DNA of 64,000 nucleotides from a candidate division TM6 bacterium UASB124 (GTDB lineage Bacteria; Babelota; Babeliae; Babelales; RVW-14): NCBI GenBank assembly GCA_945897315.1, contig CAMDFF010000004.1, positions 1,018 to 65,017 of the forward strand, read 5' to 3'. Shown piece by piece: positions 55,953 to 64,000 of this stretch (position 1 is its first letter; each line of letters starts with the position of its first letter). The notes under the pieces were generated by a model. It saw only the letters and a program-made list of their open reading frames with translations, ran no database searches and was not told where the DNA came from. The position numbers and the translations under genes were made by a program.

Positions 55953-57179
55953 TTATTCTGGTGTTGCTGCGGGTGCTGCAACGGCTGCTAATTCTACTGC
56001 TGCAGCTTCAAGTGCTGCGATTATTGGATCGTACACGGGAGGATTGGTAGCTCGTTTGTTTTGAGCGATAGCTATGGCCGTTCTTCCCTCGTTATTTGTT
56101 AGAGTGATAATAGCAGCTTTAGAGAGAAGGTGCTGGGTGATAGCTAATTTGCCGTTTGCGGCAGCAAGCATAAGGGCAGTGTTTCCTAGTTGAGTTTGTG
56201 CATTAATATCGATGCCAGGAACTTGGGTAAGGTGCTGGACGATAGGTAAGTAGCCTTTTACAGCAGCAATCATAAGGGTAGTGCTTCCTCGCGCATCTTG
56301 TGCATTAATATCGACGCCAGGAACTTGGGTAAGGTGCTGGATGATAGGTAAGTAGCCTTTTACAGCAGCAATCATAAGGGCAGTGAATCCTCGTGCTTCT
56401 TTTGCGTTAAGATTGACGCCAGGAACTTGGGAAAGGTGCTGGACGATAAGTAAGTACCCTTTGAGAGCAGCAATCATAACGGCAGTATTTTTTTCTATGT
56501 TTTCAAAATTAACACAACATCCTTTTGAGATAAGATACTTTGTCATAGGTATATTTTGATTACGTGCAGCGATCATTAAGGCTGTCTCTTTTAGATCATT
56601 ACTTTGATGATTAATATATGCCCCAGCATCAATTGCAGCTTGAACAGCAGGGAAATTGTTAGTATTTGCAGCCGCTATTAAAGCATCATTCGCGCTAGCT
56701 AATTTAGCTGGCGATAACACCAGGGGTGCACGCATCCGTCTGCCAGCACTATCATCAAGGCCTAATTCATATCGTCTGCAGTTTAGGCATGCAACTGTAT
56801 GAGAGCGTATGGCATTATCCTCGAAACAAGGGGGGCATAAAACTCGTTTGCAGCATGAGGTGAAACTGAGAGGCTCTGTCTGTTTCTCAAAACAAATAAT
56901 GCACTCAGTTGCCACATCTGCGGCTGCCGCTGGTTCTACAGAAGCAACGACAACAGGTCCTGTCATTGTCAGAACACTGCTGCTTGCTGCAGCGGCAGCA
57001 GCAGGAACAGTACGGGCTTTTTTTAGTTGAGCAGGCTGTTTAGCTTCATCTTCAGAATCTGAATCAGCGCCTCCTGCCCCACTACGAGGGAGCTGCTCTG
57101 AAGCAGCAAGGCTTGGTGTAAGCAAACACACGACTAGGACTAAGCCAAGGGCTAATAATTTTTTGATGCTATTTTTCAT
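55953..57179 (-). CDS. Secreted RING-like (Cys-rich) zinc-finger protein with about 7 ankyrin repeats
   Basis: GGAG lies 7 nt upstream of the ATG at 57179 (MKNSIKKLLALGLVLVVCLLTPSLAA). The finger reads CIIC-x12-CC-x4-CPPC-x12-CLNC. It is followed by repeated units of the type TALMIAA.KGYLPIVQHLTQVPG(V/I)DINAQ. Confidence 0.7.
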   Translation of the reverse strand: MKNSIKKLLALGLVLVVCLLTPSLAASEQLPRSGAGGADSDSEDEAKQPAQLKKARTVPAAAAAASSSVLTMTGPVVVASVEPAAAADVATECIICFEKQTEPLSFTSCCKRVLCPPCFEDNAIRSHTVACLNCRRYELGLDDSAGRRMRAPLVLSPAKLASANDALIAAANTNNFPAVQAAIDAGAYINHQSNDLKETALMIAARNQNIPMTKYLISKGCCVNFENIEKNTAVMIAALKGYLLIVQHLSQVPGVNLNAKEARGFTALMIAAVKGYLPIIQHLTQVPGVDINAQDARGSTTLMIAAVKGYLPIVQHLTQVPGIDINAQTQLGNTALMLAAANGKLAITQHLLSKAAIITLTNNEGRTAIAIAQNKRATNPPVYDPIIAALEAAAVELAAVAAPAATPE

Positions 57180-57207
57180 AATAATCTCCATTGGAATGGT
57201 AAGACGT

Positions 57208-57894
57208 CTATTTATTTTCTGGCTTTAACATACCATCATCTAATTCAAGAATTCTATCAGCAAATGGTATGATGCGAGGATCATGAGATACAATAATGAG
57301 CGTGGCCCCAGAGCTTTTTTTATAATTTTGTAAGAGTTGCATAACTTGAATGCCTCGAGCATGATCTAAAAAGCTTGTTGGTTCATCACATAAAATTATT
57401 TTTGGTTTGTGGAGGCAAGCGCGAGCAAGCGCGATACGTTGTTGCTCCCCACCAGAAAGGTTTTGCGGCGTTTCATATCGTTGTTGATCAAGATCAAGAT
57501 TTGCCAGAAAATGTGCAGCTTGCTCTAGAGCATCTTTGCGTTTGACTTCAGCAACTAGAAGCGAAATTGCAACATTTTCAATAGCGTTAAGTGTTGGGAC
57601 CAGATTAAATGACTGAAACATGAAGCCAATATTTTGTCCTCGAAATACTGTTTTTTGCTGCTCTGGTAGTTGGTTAATATCTTGCCCAAGCACATTGCAG
57701 CTGCCTGTTGTTTGGTTTAATAACCCTCCAATGATTGAAATTAGTGTTGTTTTGCCAGATCCAGACGGTCCCATTAAAAGAACAAGTTCACCTTCATGTG
57801 CGGTGAAGCTAACATCTTTTAGAGGGGTTACTTCATGGGGGCCACTTCCAAAAACTTTAGAGATGCTTTTACAGACTATAGTTGGTGTGCTCAT
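57208..57894 (-). CDS. ABC transporter ATP-binding protein (MacB/DevA-like)
   Basis: Has Walker A GPSGSGKTT, the signature LSGGEQQR and Walker B ILCDEPTS. Confidence 0.9.
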   Translation of the reverse strand: MSTPTIVCKSISKVFGSGPHEVTPLKDVSFTAHEGELVLLMGPSGSGKTTLISIIGGLLNQTTGSCNVLGQDINQLPEQQKTVFRGQNIGFMFQSFNLVPTLNAIENVAISLLVAEVKRKDALEQAAHFLANLDLDQQRYETPQNLSGGEQQRIALARACLHKPKIILCDEPTSFLDHARGIQVMQLLQNYKKSSGATLIIVSHDPRIIPFADRILELDDGMLKPENK

Positions 57895-59057
57895 TGTTTA
57901 AACAAAGACCCCAATTCGATAGTGAAAATTTTTCTTAAACTGATGAGTAATGATGCGGAGCATATCAAAAAAATAGTTACGCAGGATCCAATGAAAATGT
58001 ACCAAGCGTAGAAAAAAGAAAGTTCTGTTTGGTGTGACAGAATGCCAATCAGTCCAACAACGCCACTTCCCATACCCCAGCCTAGAAAAGCAACAAATGC
58101 TGCTTGCAAGATGGCCATGCGAGCTAGTAAGTAGCGAGAAGCTCCCATTGCAGAGAAAACACCAAAATATTTTAAATTACTCATGATGAAGTTATAGAAA
58201 AACTGTCCTGCAATAAGAGCACCTATCAATAATCCCAGTAGGACAGCTAGTCCAAAGCTAACTGGAATGCCAGTATTTTTAATATAGTACCAAACAGTTT
58301 TTGCTTTGAATCCATGTTGCGTGTATGCGGCTAGTCCGGTGTTTTTTGTAATGCGGATACATAGATCTTCCGGAGAAATAGTTCCATCGCTTTTTACTAA
58401 AATAAATGTGAGCTGCTTACGTTGGAATGGGGCATATGCTAACGCACGTTTATATGTTGTGTAAATAACGGGTTGTGATTGAAATGTTCTTGTGATATCG
58501 CATATACCGACGACGCGTGCTCGTAAATCATTAATTTCAAAAACATCTCCTGTGTGCATTGGCTCTCGAGGTTTAGTTGGGTTTCTGCTAAATGCCATTT
58601 TTGTTTCTGCTCCGACTTTATTCATAATGATTCCGTCGACAGAGCGTAAATCTCTTATATCTCCATTAAGCATAGTCATAGGGGAGCCAATGAATGTTTC
58701 TTCATCAATGCCAATAATTACGCATGATTGCGTTTGACCATTAGGCAATGTTGCTGAAACTAGCCCTTTAAAGAGTGGGACTGCCCACAATACTCCTTGT
58801 ACTGATCGTACTCGAAATAGCTCGGTGCCACGCATGCCAATGATATCATCAATCAACTTAACGCTTTTATTCATTACCCAAATATCTGGCTGAGGAGTGT
58901 CAGTAATTGCGCCATATGTTCTATGCATGAGGCCAACAAAAATAGCTGATTGCTGAGACATGATAATGGTGGCAAAGGCTAAACTTAAAACAATGCCACT
59001 GAAGCGCATTTTATCTTCGACAAGCATTTTGAGTGCTATCCAATACATAGTTACCAC
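57891..59057 (-). CDS. ABC exporter permease (FtsX-fold, DevC-like)
   Basis: A 388-aa protein with an N-terminal TM, a periplasmic domain and a C-terminal 3-TM FtsX-like block. It overlaps the ATPase gene by 4 nt. Confidence 0.75.
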   Translation of the reverse strand: MVTMYWIALKMLVEDKMRFSGIVLSLAFATIIMSQQSAIFVGLMHRTYGAITDTPQPDIWVMNKSVKLIDDIIGMRGTELFRVRSVQGVLWAVPLFKGLVSATLPNGQTQSCVIIGIDEETFIGSPMTMLNGDIRDLRSVDGIIMNKVGAETKMAFSRNPTKPREPMHTGDVFEINDLRARVVGICDITRTFQSQPVIYTTYKRALAYAPFQRKQLTFILVKSDGTISPEDLCIRITKNTGLAAYTQHGFKAKTVWYYIKNTGIPVSFGLAVLLGLLIGALIAGQFFYNFIMSNLKYFGVFSAMGASRYLLARMAILQAAFVAFLGWGMGSGVVGLIGILSHQTELSFFYAWYIFIGSCVTIFLICSASLLISLRKIFTIELGSLFKQ

Positions 59058-60436
59058 TCCCCGCCAAGTGATTTGTACACAGCAATGAGCGCAGTACTTT
59101 CTGCTTGTTGTGCTGAGATTATCTTTGCTGCTTGAGCGAGAGTTATTTTCTGTGCTTGTTTGAGATCAAGTGCACTAGCAAGTCCTGCATGTTGCTGGGA
59201 GCGAGTGAGCATTTCTATGTCTTGCAATCCGCGATGTTGCGCTATTTCTAAGGCGGTTGTTTTTTGTGCGTCATAGTAGGCAATCAGTTTTTGCTCAACA
59301 TCCCCCAATGCGTTAATGATAGTTTGTGTATAGCTTAAAAGGGCTTGTCTTTGTTCTGATTTTTTTCCACGGATTTGTGCTTTGATGCGACCAAAGGTGA
59401 TAATCGGCCAGCGTACGGATGGACCGAGTTGCCAAGCAATGCTTTGTGAGGATAAAAAATTTGCTGCTTTGTTTGATTCAAGATGGATGTCTCCAAGAAG
59501 TGAAAACTGAGGGAAGAGGTCAGCGTATGCAACAGCAACTAAATCAGCTGACGCATCAAGTAGGCGCTCTGATTGTCGTATGTCTGGTCTTCGGCGTAAA
59601 AGTTCAGATGGTAGACCGGTTGTTAATATTTTTTTTGACATGGGTACGATATGGGGGGCGCTTGGTAAAACAAAATTTTCTGGCTGGACACCAAGTAAAA
59701 GTGCCAGTTGGATAACGGATTGTTTATAAGCAGTGTGCGCGCTTAAAGCCTCAGCACGTGATGCTTCAAGCGCAGTCGCTTGGTGGGCCACAGCAATCGC
59801 ATTTATCAGCCCTGCGTGGTGTAAATCTTTCTGGAGTTTCATTAAAGAGGCATCAAGCTCAACAATTTTATCACGTTGCGATGCTTGCGCTTGGTAGCCG
59901 CGACATAAAATATACGTGCGTGCCACTTCGCTTAAAACTAGTAATAAGATGTCACGGGCTGCCTCTATCTGAGCTTCATAGTGCTTGAAAGAAGCGTTTT
60001 TTTGGTTGTATAGGCGCTCCCAGATATCGAGTTCCCAGGATCCGTCAAACCCTGCTTGAAAATATGGTAATGTTGTCCTTAGTATCACGCCGCCACGATC
60101 AAACCCCTTGCTAAGATGCTGTTTTGAGGCTGTGCCAGTAGCATTAATGTGGGGAAATTGGGCAGCGGTCTGAATGGAATATAGTTCGCGTGCTTGGATG
60201 ATTTTTTCTAAGGCAATTTGTAAGGTATAGTTTTGCTTTGTAGCTTGTGTGATTAACTCAGACAGTGTTTCATCGTTAAAATGGTGCCACCAGCTGACAA
60301 GGTTTGCAGATGCTTGTTTTTGTGAGTACATAAAGCTTTCAGGTAGTTGTAATGAAGGCTTAATGTATTTTGGCCGCAATCCACAGTGCGGTAAGATAAT
60401 AAGCAGGGCTATGATTAAAAAGAAGTGTGCTATCAT
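59051..60436 (-). CDS. Outer-membrane efflux protein (TolC/NodT family)
   Basis: A 461-aa protein with an N-terminal lipoprotein-like ..ILPHCG. It shows the duplicated helical/beta OEP layout and overlaps both neighbouring genes. Confidence 0.75.
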   Translation of the reverse strand: MIAHFFLIIALLIILPHCGLRPKYIKPSLQLPESFMYSQKQASANLVSWWHHFNDETLSELITQATKQNYTLQIALEKIIQARELYSIQTAAQFPHINATGTASKQHLSKGFDRGGVILRTTLPYFQAGFDGSWELDIWERLYNQKNASFKHYEAQIEAARDILLLVLSEVARTYILCRGYQAQASQRDKIVELDASLMKLQKDLHHAGLINAIAVAHQATALEASRAEALSAHTAYKQSVIQLALLLGVQPENFVLPSAPHIVPMSKKILTTGLPSELLRRRPDIRQSERLLDASADLVAVAYADLFPQFSLLGDIHLESNKAANFLSSQSIAWQLGPSVRWPIITFGRIKAQIRGKKSEQRQALLSYTQTIINALGDVEQKLIAYYDAQKTTALEIAQHRGLQDIEMLTRSQQHAGLASALDLKQAQKITLAQAAKIISAQQAESTALIAVYKSLGGEW

Positions 60437-61344
60437 GGCTGTTCCTGATACGGCTTTGCTTGCAGATAAACATCAAGCAACTCTCCTGGATGTACGGGGT
60501 AATCTTTTTGTGTAAAGCGATAAACAAGTTGTTTGACCCGAGTGTCAACACGATCAAGCGTAGAGCCTAAAAGTGATTTTTTAGGGATGACAAAAGGTTC
60601 TGCGTAAACAAATTCAAGCGGAATGCTAATGGTGCTATTGCCTCGAACAAAAGCAGTTCCGGGGGCTTTATTGATAATACGCCATGCATCTTCTTCATCA
60701 ATTTCAATGCGTACATGATATATAGTTGTGCTTCCAAATAGTATTAATGGCATATCTCCACGGCCTGATGTTGCTGATTCTCCAGTATTGATATTAATTT
60801 GCAGCACGGTTCCATCGCATGGGGCGAGTGCCGTGGAGCGTTGAATATCAACTTCTGTGCGGTTGATGTTTGCTTGTGTGATTTTTAACCGTGCTATTGC
60901 AAGACGCATAGCGTATTGAGCATCACTGTATGCCTGTTTGCTTGTTGCGGCTTTATTAAATAAATTTTTATAAAACATAAAAGTTGTTTTTTTATTTTCA
61001 TAATCAAGCTGGTCGTAATGTAATTGCTGTCTGGTTTCGTTTACTTGAGCGTCCAAGTGTTTTGTTTGAAGTTTAAAGAGGGGAGTTTTTGCTGTGACTG
61101 CTTGGCCAGGGACGACATAAATATCTGTAATTATTTCGTTAAAGGTTGCACCAATGGCAATATTTTTTGAAGCTGATTCAATCATTCCTTGAGCTGCAAT
61201 GAAATGTGCATATGGTGATCGTGCTGGCTGAAATATAACTGCGGCAGCAGGTTTTTCACGAGCATTTGATGCAATTACAAAAACCGCAGTAACGATCCCT
61301 GCAGTTGCAAGCGTGATAAAAAGTATGCTTCGTATGGCCGCCAT
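60433..61344 (-). CDS. Periplasmic adaptor (HlyD/DevB-like membrane fusion protein)
   Basis: Has an N-terminal TM (ILFITLATAGIVTAVFVIA), lipoyl-like and coiled-coil segments, and a beta-barrel end. It is the first gene of a 4-gene overlapping operon. Confidence 0.75.
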   Translation of the reverse strand: MAAIRSILFITLATAGIVTAVFVIASNAREKPAAAVIFQPARSPYAHFIAAQGMIESASKNIAIGATFNEIITDIYVVPGQAVTAKTPLFKLQTKHLDAQVNETRQQLHYDQLDYENKKTTFMFYKNLFNKAATSKQAYSDAQYAMRLAIARLKITQANINRTEVDIQRSTALAPCDGTVLQININTGESATSGRGDMPLILFGSTTIYHVRIEIDEEDAWRIINKAPGTAFVRGNSTISIPLEFVYAEPFVIPKKSLLGSTLDRVDTRVKQLVYRFTQKDYPVHPGELLDVYLQAKPYQEQP

Positions 61345-61606
61345 GAGAACCCCTTTTTCAGAATAGTTGTAAGGAGATTAAACTAGCAAAGAGGCAACAA
61401 TATTTTCAAGCAATATTGATTTGCTACCTTAGCGCATCATGGGAGCTTGAAGTATTTATAGATTCAAGGGCGTTCCCGTGCAGCTGAAACGTTAATCTGT
61501 ATGATGTTTCCATAGGGTGGAAAATGGGTTTTTGGTTGTAAGATTACAACTTTAATAACGCGTTTAGCTCGGTAATCGATAAGCGGGTAATCTTTGCCAT
61601 ATCAGC

Positions 61607-61628
61607 GGGGACGGCGATTGCCATCCCC
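61607..61628. repeat. GGGGACGGCG-N-GCCATCCCC hairpin (member of recurrent family; not in canonical terminator context)
   Basis: ggggacggcgattgccatcccc is near-identical to the reverse complement of the hairpin at 63212-63233. Here the A run follows on the plus strand. Confidence 0.6.
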
Positions 61629-61661
61629 AAAAAATTATCTATTATCTCGATGTCTTTTCGC

Positions 61662-63017
61662 TTACTTATCTTCTATTGCACTGATATGTGCACGTAGGGC
61701 TGCAAGCTCTTCTTCAAGCAGGCTCATGCGATTTGCTTGAGATTTTATGTGTGTTTCTTGTAATGCAAGGCGGTTGTGTTGATGAATTATTTCATTAAGA
61801 AGCAGGGGGGGTAGAGCGTGGTAAGCAACTGATTCAGGTGTGTTATCTTCATTGTAAATGACCAGCTCTGGCATTGTTTTTTCTACTTCTTCTGCGATCA
61901 GGCCAAACTGCGTGCGTTTTTCATTGTCTGTTTTGTACGTAAATTTGACAGGGCGCAGCTGCAATAACGCTGCAGAGGTATCGCCCATATTTTCGATATC
62001 ATTTTTGTAGCGGCGAGAAGACGTTGAGGTACAAATTTTTCCAGCCTTGGTGATTAAGAGAGGGGTTGTTCCTGATGATGCTTTATTCAGATTTGAAAAA
62101 AGAATAGGGCCATTGAGTGTTGCTCCCCCTAGGGCTTCCAAACTGCCAATAATACTTGCAGGTCCCCTGTTTGTAAGGTTTCCGAGCACTGTTGTATTGC
62201 CAGCAATGTAGCAAGCGGTATGGGTAGAGGTATTGCCAAGGCGAATGGTATTATTCTCGTTCCCTGCTCCTTGGTTGCCAATGTAAATATTGTATGATTC
62301 ATTGTTGTTGAGGTTCCAACCAGCATAGCGTCCTATCCCAATGTTATCAGTGCCGCTCGTAAGATTACCAAGGCTTCTGCTGCCAACAGCTGTGTGATTA
62401 AATCCGTTTTCTGTTGCGAGAGAGCCGAATCCCACGGCTGTGTTCTCTTGCCCAACTGTGTTTGCATAAAGAGATGAAGCACCAACTGCGGTGTTGTAAT
62501 ATCCTGTGGTGTTAGATTGCATAGCGACGCTTCCGACTGCTACGTTTTCGCCACCTAAAATATTATCTTGCATTGCTTGAGCCCCAACAGCACTGTTGTT
62601 AAAGCCGCTGGTGTTATTTTGTAGCGCAGCAAAGCCAAATGCACAGTCGTGAAAACCATCGGTACGGTTGGCAAAAGCATCATATCCGCCAACAGTGTTT
62701 GCTCCATCATCACTCAGGAGATAGTGTGCATAGACTGCTGCGCCGACGGTGTCTGTTATTGAGAAGCTCATGCCATCATTAATGAGTTGTGCAACAGTAA
62801 GTTCGTTGCTGATAGCGGTATTGTCTTCAATAATTGTAACGATATTATCGATACCAGCTTTCAATTCATCTTCGGTAAGATGGTTTTTTTCTTGTGCTAG
62901 TGCTCGTTCTAAGATGGCCAATACTTCATCGCTAAAGTGTATGCTTGATGAAAAACAGGGCTGCGTACTAAGTATCGTGAGTAAGGTAAGAGTCGTGAGC
63001 ATTTTTTTGCTTGTCAT
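61662..63017 (-). CDS. Secreted tail-fibre-like repeat protein with C-terminal S74-type intramolecular chaperone domain - fibre D
   Basis: AAGGAG lies upstream. The signal-like N-terminus is LTTLTLLTILSTQPCFSS. NTAVG-type 17-aa repeats follow. The C-terminal region reads SSRRYKNDIENMGDTSAALLQLRPVKFTYKTDNEKRTQFGLIAEEVEKTMPELV, followed by a terminal coiled coil. Confidence 0.8.
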   Translation of the reverse strand: MTSKKMLTTLTLLTILSTQPCFSSSIHFSDEVLAILERALAQEKNHLTEDELKAGIDNIVTIIEDNTAISNELTVAQLINDGMSFSITDTVGAAVYAHYLLSDDGANTVGGYDAFANRTDGFHDCAFGFAALQNNTSGFNNSAVGAQAMQDNILGGENVAVGSVAMQSNTTGYYNTAVGASSLYANTVGQENTAVGFGSLATENGFNHTAVGSRSLGNLTSGTDNIGIGRYAGWNLNNNESYNIYIGNQGAGNENNTIRLGNTSTHTACYIAGNTTVLGNLTNRGPASIIGSLEALGGATLNGPILFSNLNKASSGTTPLLITKAGKICTSTSSRRYKNDIENMGDTSAALLQLRPVKFTYKTDNEKRTQFGLIAEEVEKTMPELVIYNEDNTPESVAYHALPPLLLNEIIHQHNRLALQETHIKSQANRMSLLEEELAALRAHISAIEDK

Positions 63018-63104
63018 GAAATCTCCTTAAATATTAATAAAACTGTGTAACTAGCCAGGTACCCCTCTGAAATCTTATGGTTTAAATTTTATGTCTTAAT
63101 GTCC

Positions 63105-63129
63105 CGCTCATCCTGAGCTTGTCGAAGGA
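63105..63129 (+). repeat. Third copy of the 25-nt interspersed repeat
   Basis: cgctcatcctgagcttgtcgaagga matches copy 39676-39700 at 23 of 25 positions. It is followed by the small palindrome ccccttagggg. Confidence 0.7.
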
Positions 63130-63204
63130 TGCCCCTTAGGGGTGGAAGAGCAGTCCTGACTTTTCTATCATAAAAAAGTATTCTGAATGAGAACAAGAAT
63201 CCAC

Positions 63205-63233
63205 AAAAAAAGGGGACGGCAATCGCCGTCCCC
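63205..63233 (-). terminator. Rho-independent terminator (GGGGACGGCG hairpin family)
   Basis: The minus strand reads ggggacggcgattgccgtcccc followed by T7. It lies downstream of the PD-(D/E)XK-family gene. Confidence 0.75.
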
Positions 63234-63274
63234 AGAAAAACTATCTGTTCGTTAAACGCTTGTGTATGAATCAT

Positions 63275-64000
63275 TTACAAAATTTCATACACAAGTTCAG
63301 TAATCTTACGATTTTCACTGCTGATTGAAAGACCAATACCATAAACTTTTTTTTGCGTGAGCTTGAATTTACGAGGGTACTCTGTGTCTTTAATTTGTTG
63401 GATGGCATCAGTAGCAGGTCTATTCATCTTTAATTCAAATAAATAAACTATATCAGGCAGCTCGACTGTGATGTCTATACGGCCTTCATTTGTCGTATCT
63501 TCCATGACAGTACGAAAGTTTGCAGTAATGAATAGGCAATGAAAAGCGATTTGATACAAGTTTTCTTTTGGCTCTGAATCGTAAGGCCTACAAAAAACTT
63601 CGTAGGTAGCGGTAGAGAGTAGATCATTGAGGACGTTTTGTAACTTTTCAATCTTTTGCGCTCTGAAAATATCTTTGATGCGCACAGCAAGTTGACTGAT
63701 TTGATCAGCACTTTTGTGCAGCAGCTCAGGTAATAAATTTTTAGCAAAAGCATCGCGAACTTCAGACGAAGGGAAATCGAGTTTAATGATGGCAATAGGC
63801 TCTTCTCCGTCCTTGTCAACGTAGCAATCGTGCATGGTCATATAGCCAGCATAGTACAACATGCTTATTGGCGTTATATCCGCAGGGCTACATGATGTGT
63901 TTAGTGTGTTAAATTCCACATGTAAACGTTTAGCATCAAAGCCACTAAATCCTTCAGTGCTGAGCTGTTTAAGCATTGCTGTTGGTGACCCGGAAGCAAA
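63275..64000 (-). CDS. PD-(D/E)XK nuclease-family domain protein (C-terminal part of an AAA-ATPase-like + PDDEXK_9-type protein; N-terminus outside the window)
   Basis: GRIDITVELPDIVYLFELKMN is a PD-(D/E)XK-type core, and MLYYAGYMT is typical of this family. The reading frame stays open upstream of the track ATG (63976) to the window end. Confidence 0.65.
   Translation of the reverse strand, partial: FASGSPTAMLKQLSTEGFSGFDAKRLHVEFNTLNTSCSPADITPISMLYYAGYMTMHDCYVDKDGEEPIAIIKLDFPSSEVRDAFAKNLLPELLHKSADQISQLAVRIKDIFRAQKIEKLQNVLNDLLSTATYEVFCRPYDSEPKENLYQIAFHCLFITANFRTVMEDTTNEGRIDITVELPDIVYLFELKMNRPATDAIQQIKDTEYPRKFKLTQKKVYGIGLSISSENRKITELVYEIL

Noticed and set aside
63089-63274. 61-aa ORF ending ...LRGILRQAQDERDIKT
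   Set aside because: It is assembled from the interspersed 25-nt repeat plus the terminator hairpin region. It has no ribosome-binding site and no coding-like composition.

Overview
The window reads as chromosomal DNA from a Gram-negative bacterium. It carries LPS/lipid A genes, peptidoglycan genes and outer-membrane proteins, uses the standard genetic code, and looks moderate in GC by eye. Housekeeping genes are argS, lepA, secD, plsY, an ATP-dependent DNA ligase, hldE, murD, ftsW, lpxA, lpxI, rnpA, yidD, htpX, spoVG, cutA, an ABC-F ATPase and three tRNAs. These are interleaved with many predicted secreted proteins of eukaryotic flavour: F-box/LRR, two RING-type fingers, ankyrin repeats and a USP-type deubiquitinase. 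That mix suggests a host-dependent lifestyle, such as an amoeba symbiont or a Dependentiae-like organism, but this is inference only. The most striking content is four chromosomal genes at 47.4-55.7 kb and 61.7-63.0 kb. They encode Sec-signal-bearing, phage-tail-fibre-like repeat proteins, each ending in an S74-type autoproteolytic intramolecular-chaperone domain. No other phage genes lie nearby, and two of the genes are clearly mosaic with each other. Other oddities are a tRNA-Leu with anticodon AAG, a tRNA-Gln embedded in the spoVG-lpxA gene string, a short interspersed inverted-repeat element, a recurrent GGGGACGGCG hairpin, tandem secreted paralogs fused to the rnpA operon, and a 1049-aa coiled-coil protein with kb-scale repeats. 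I saw no CRISPR array, rRNA, transposase or integrase. All calls come from reading the sequence and the ORF translations, with no database search run.
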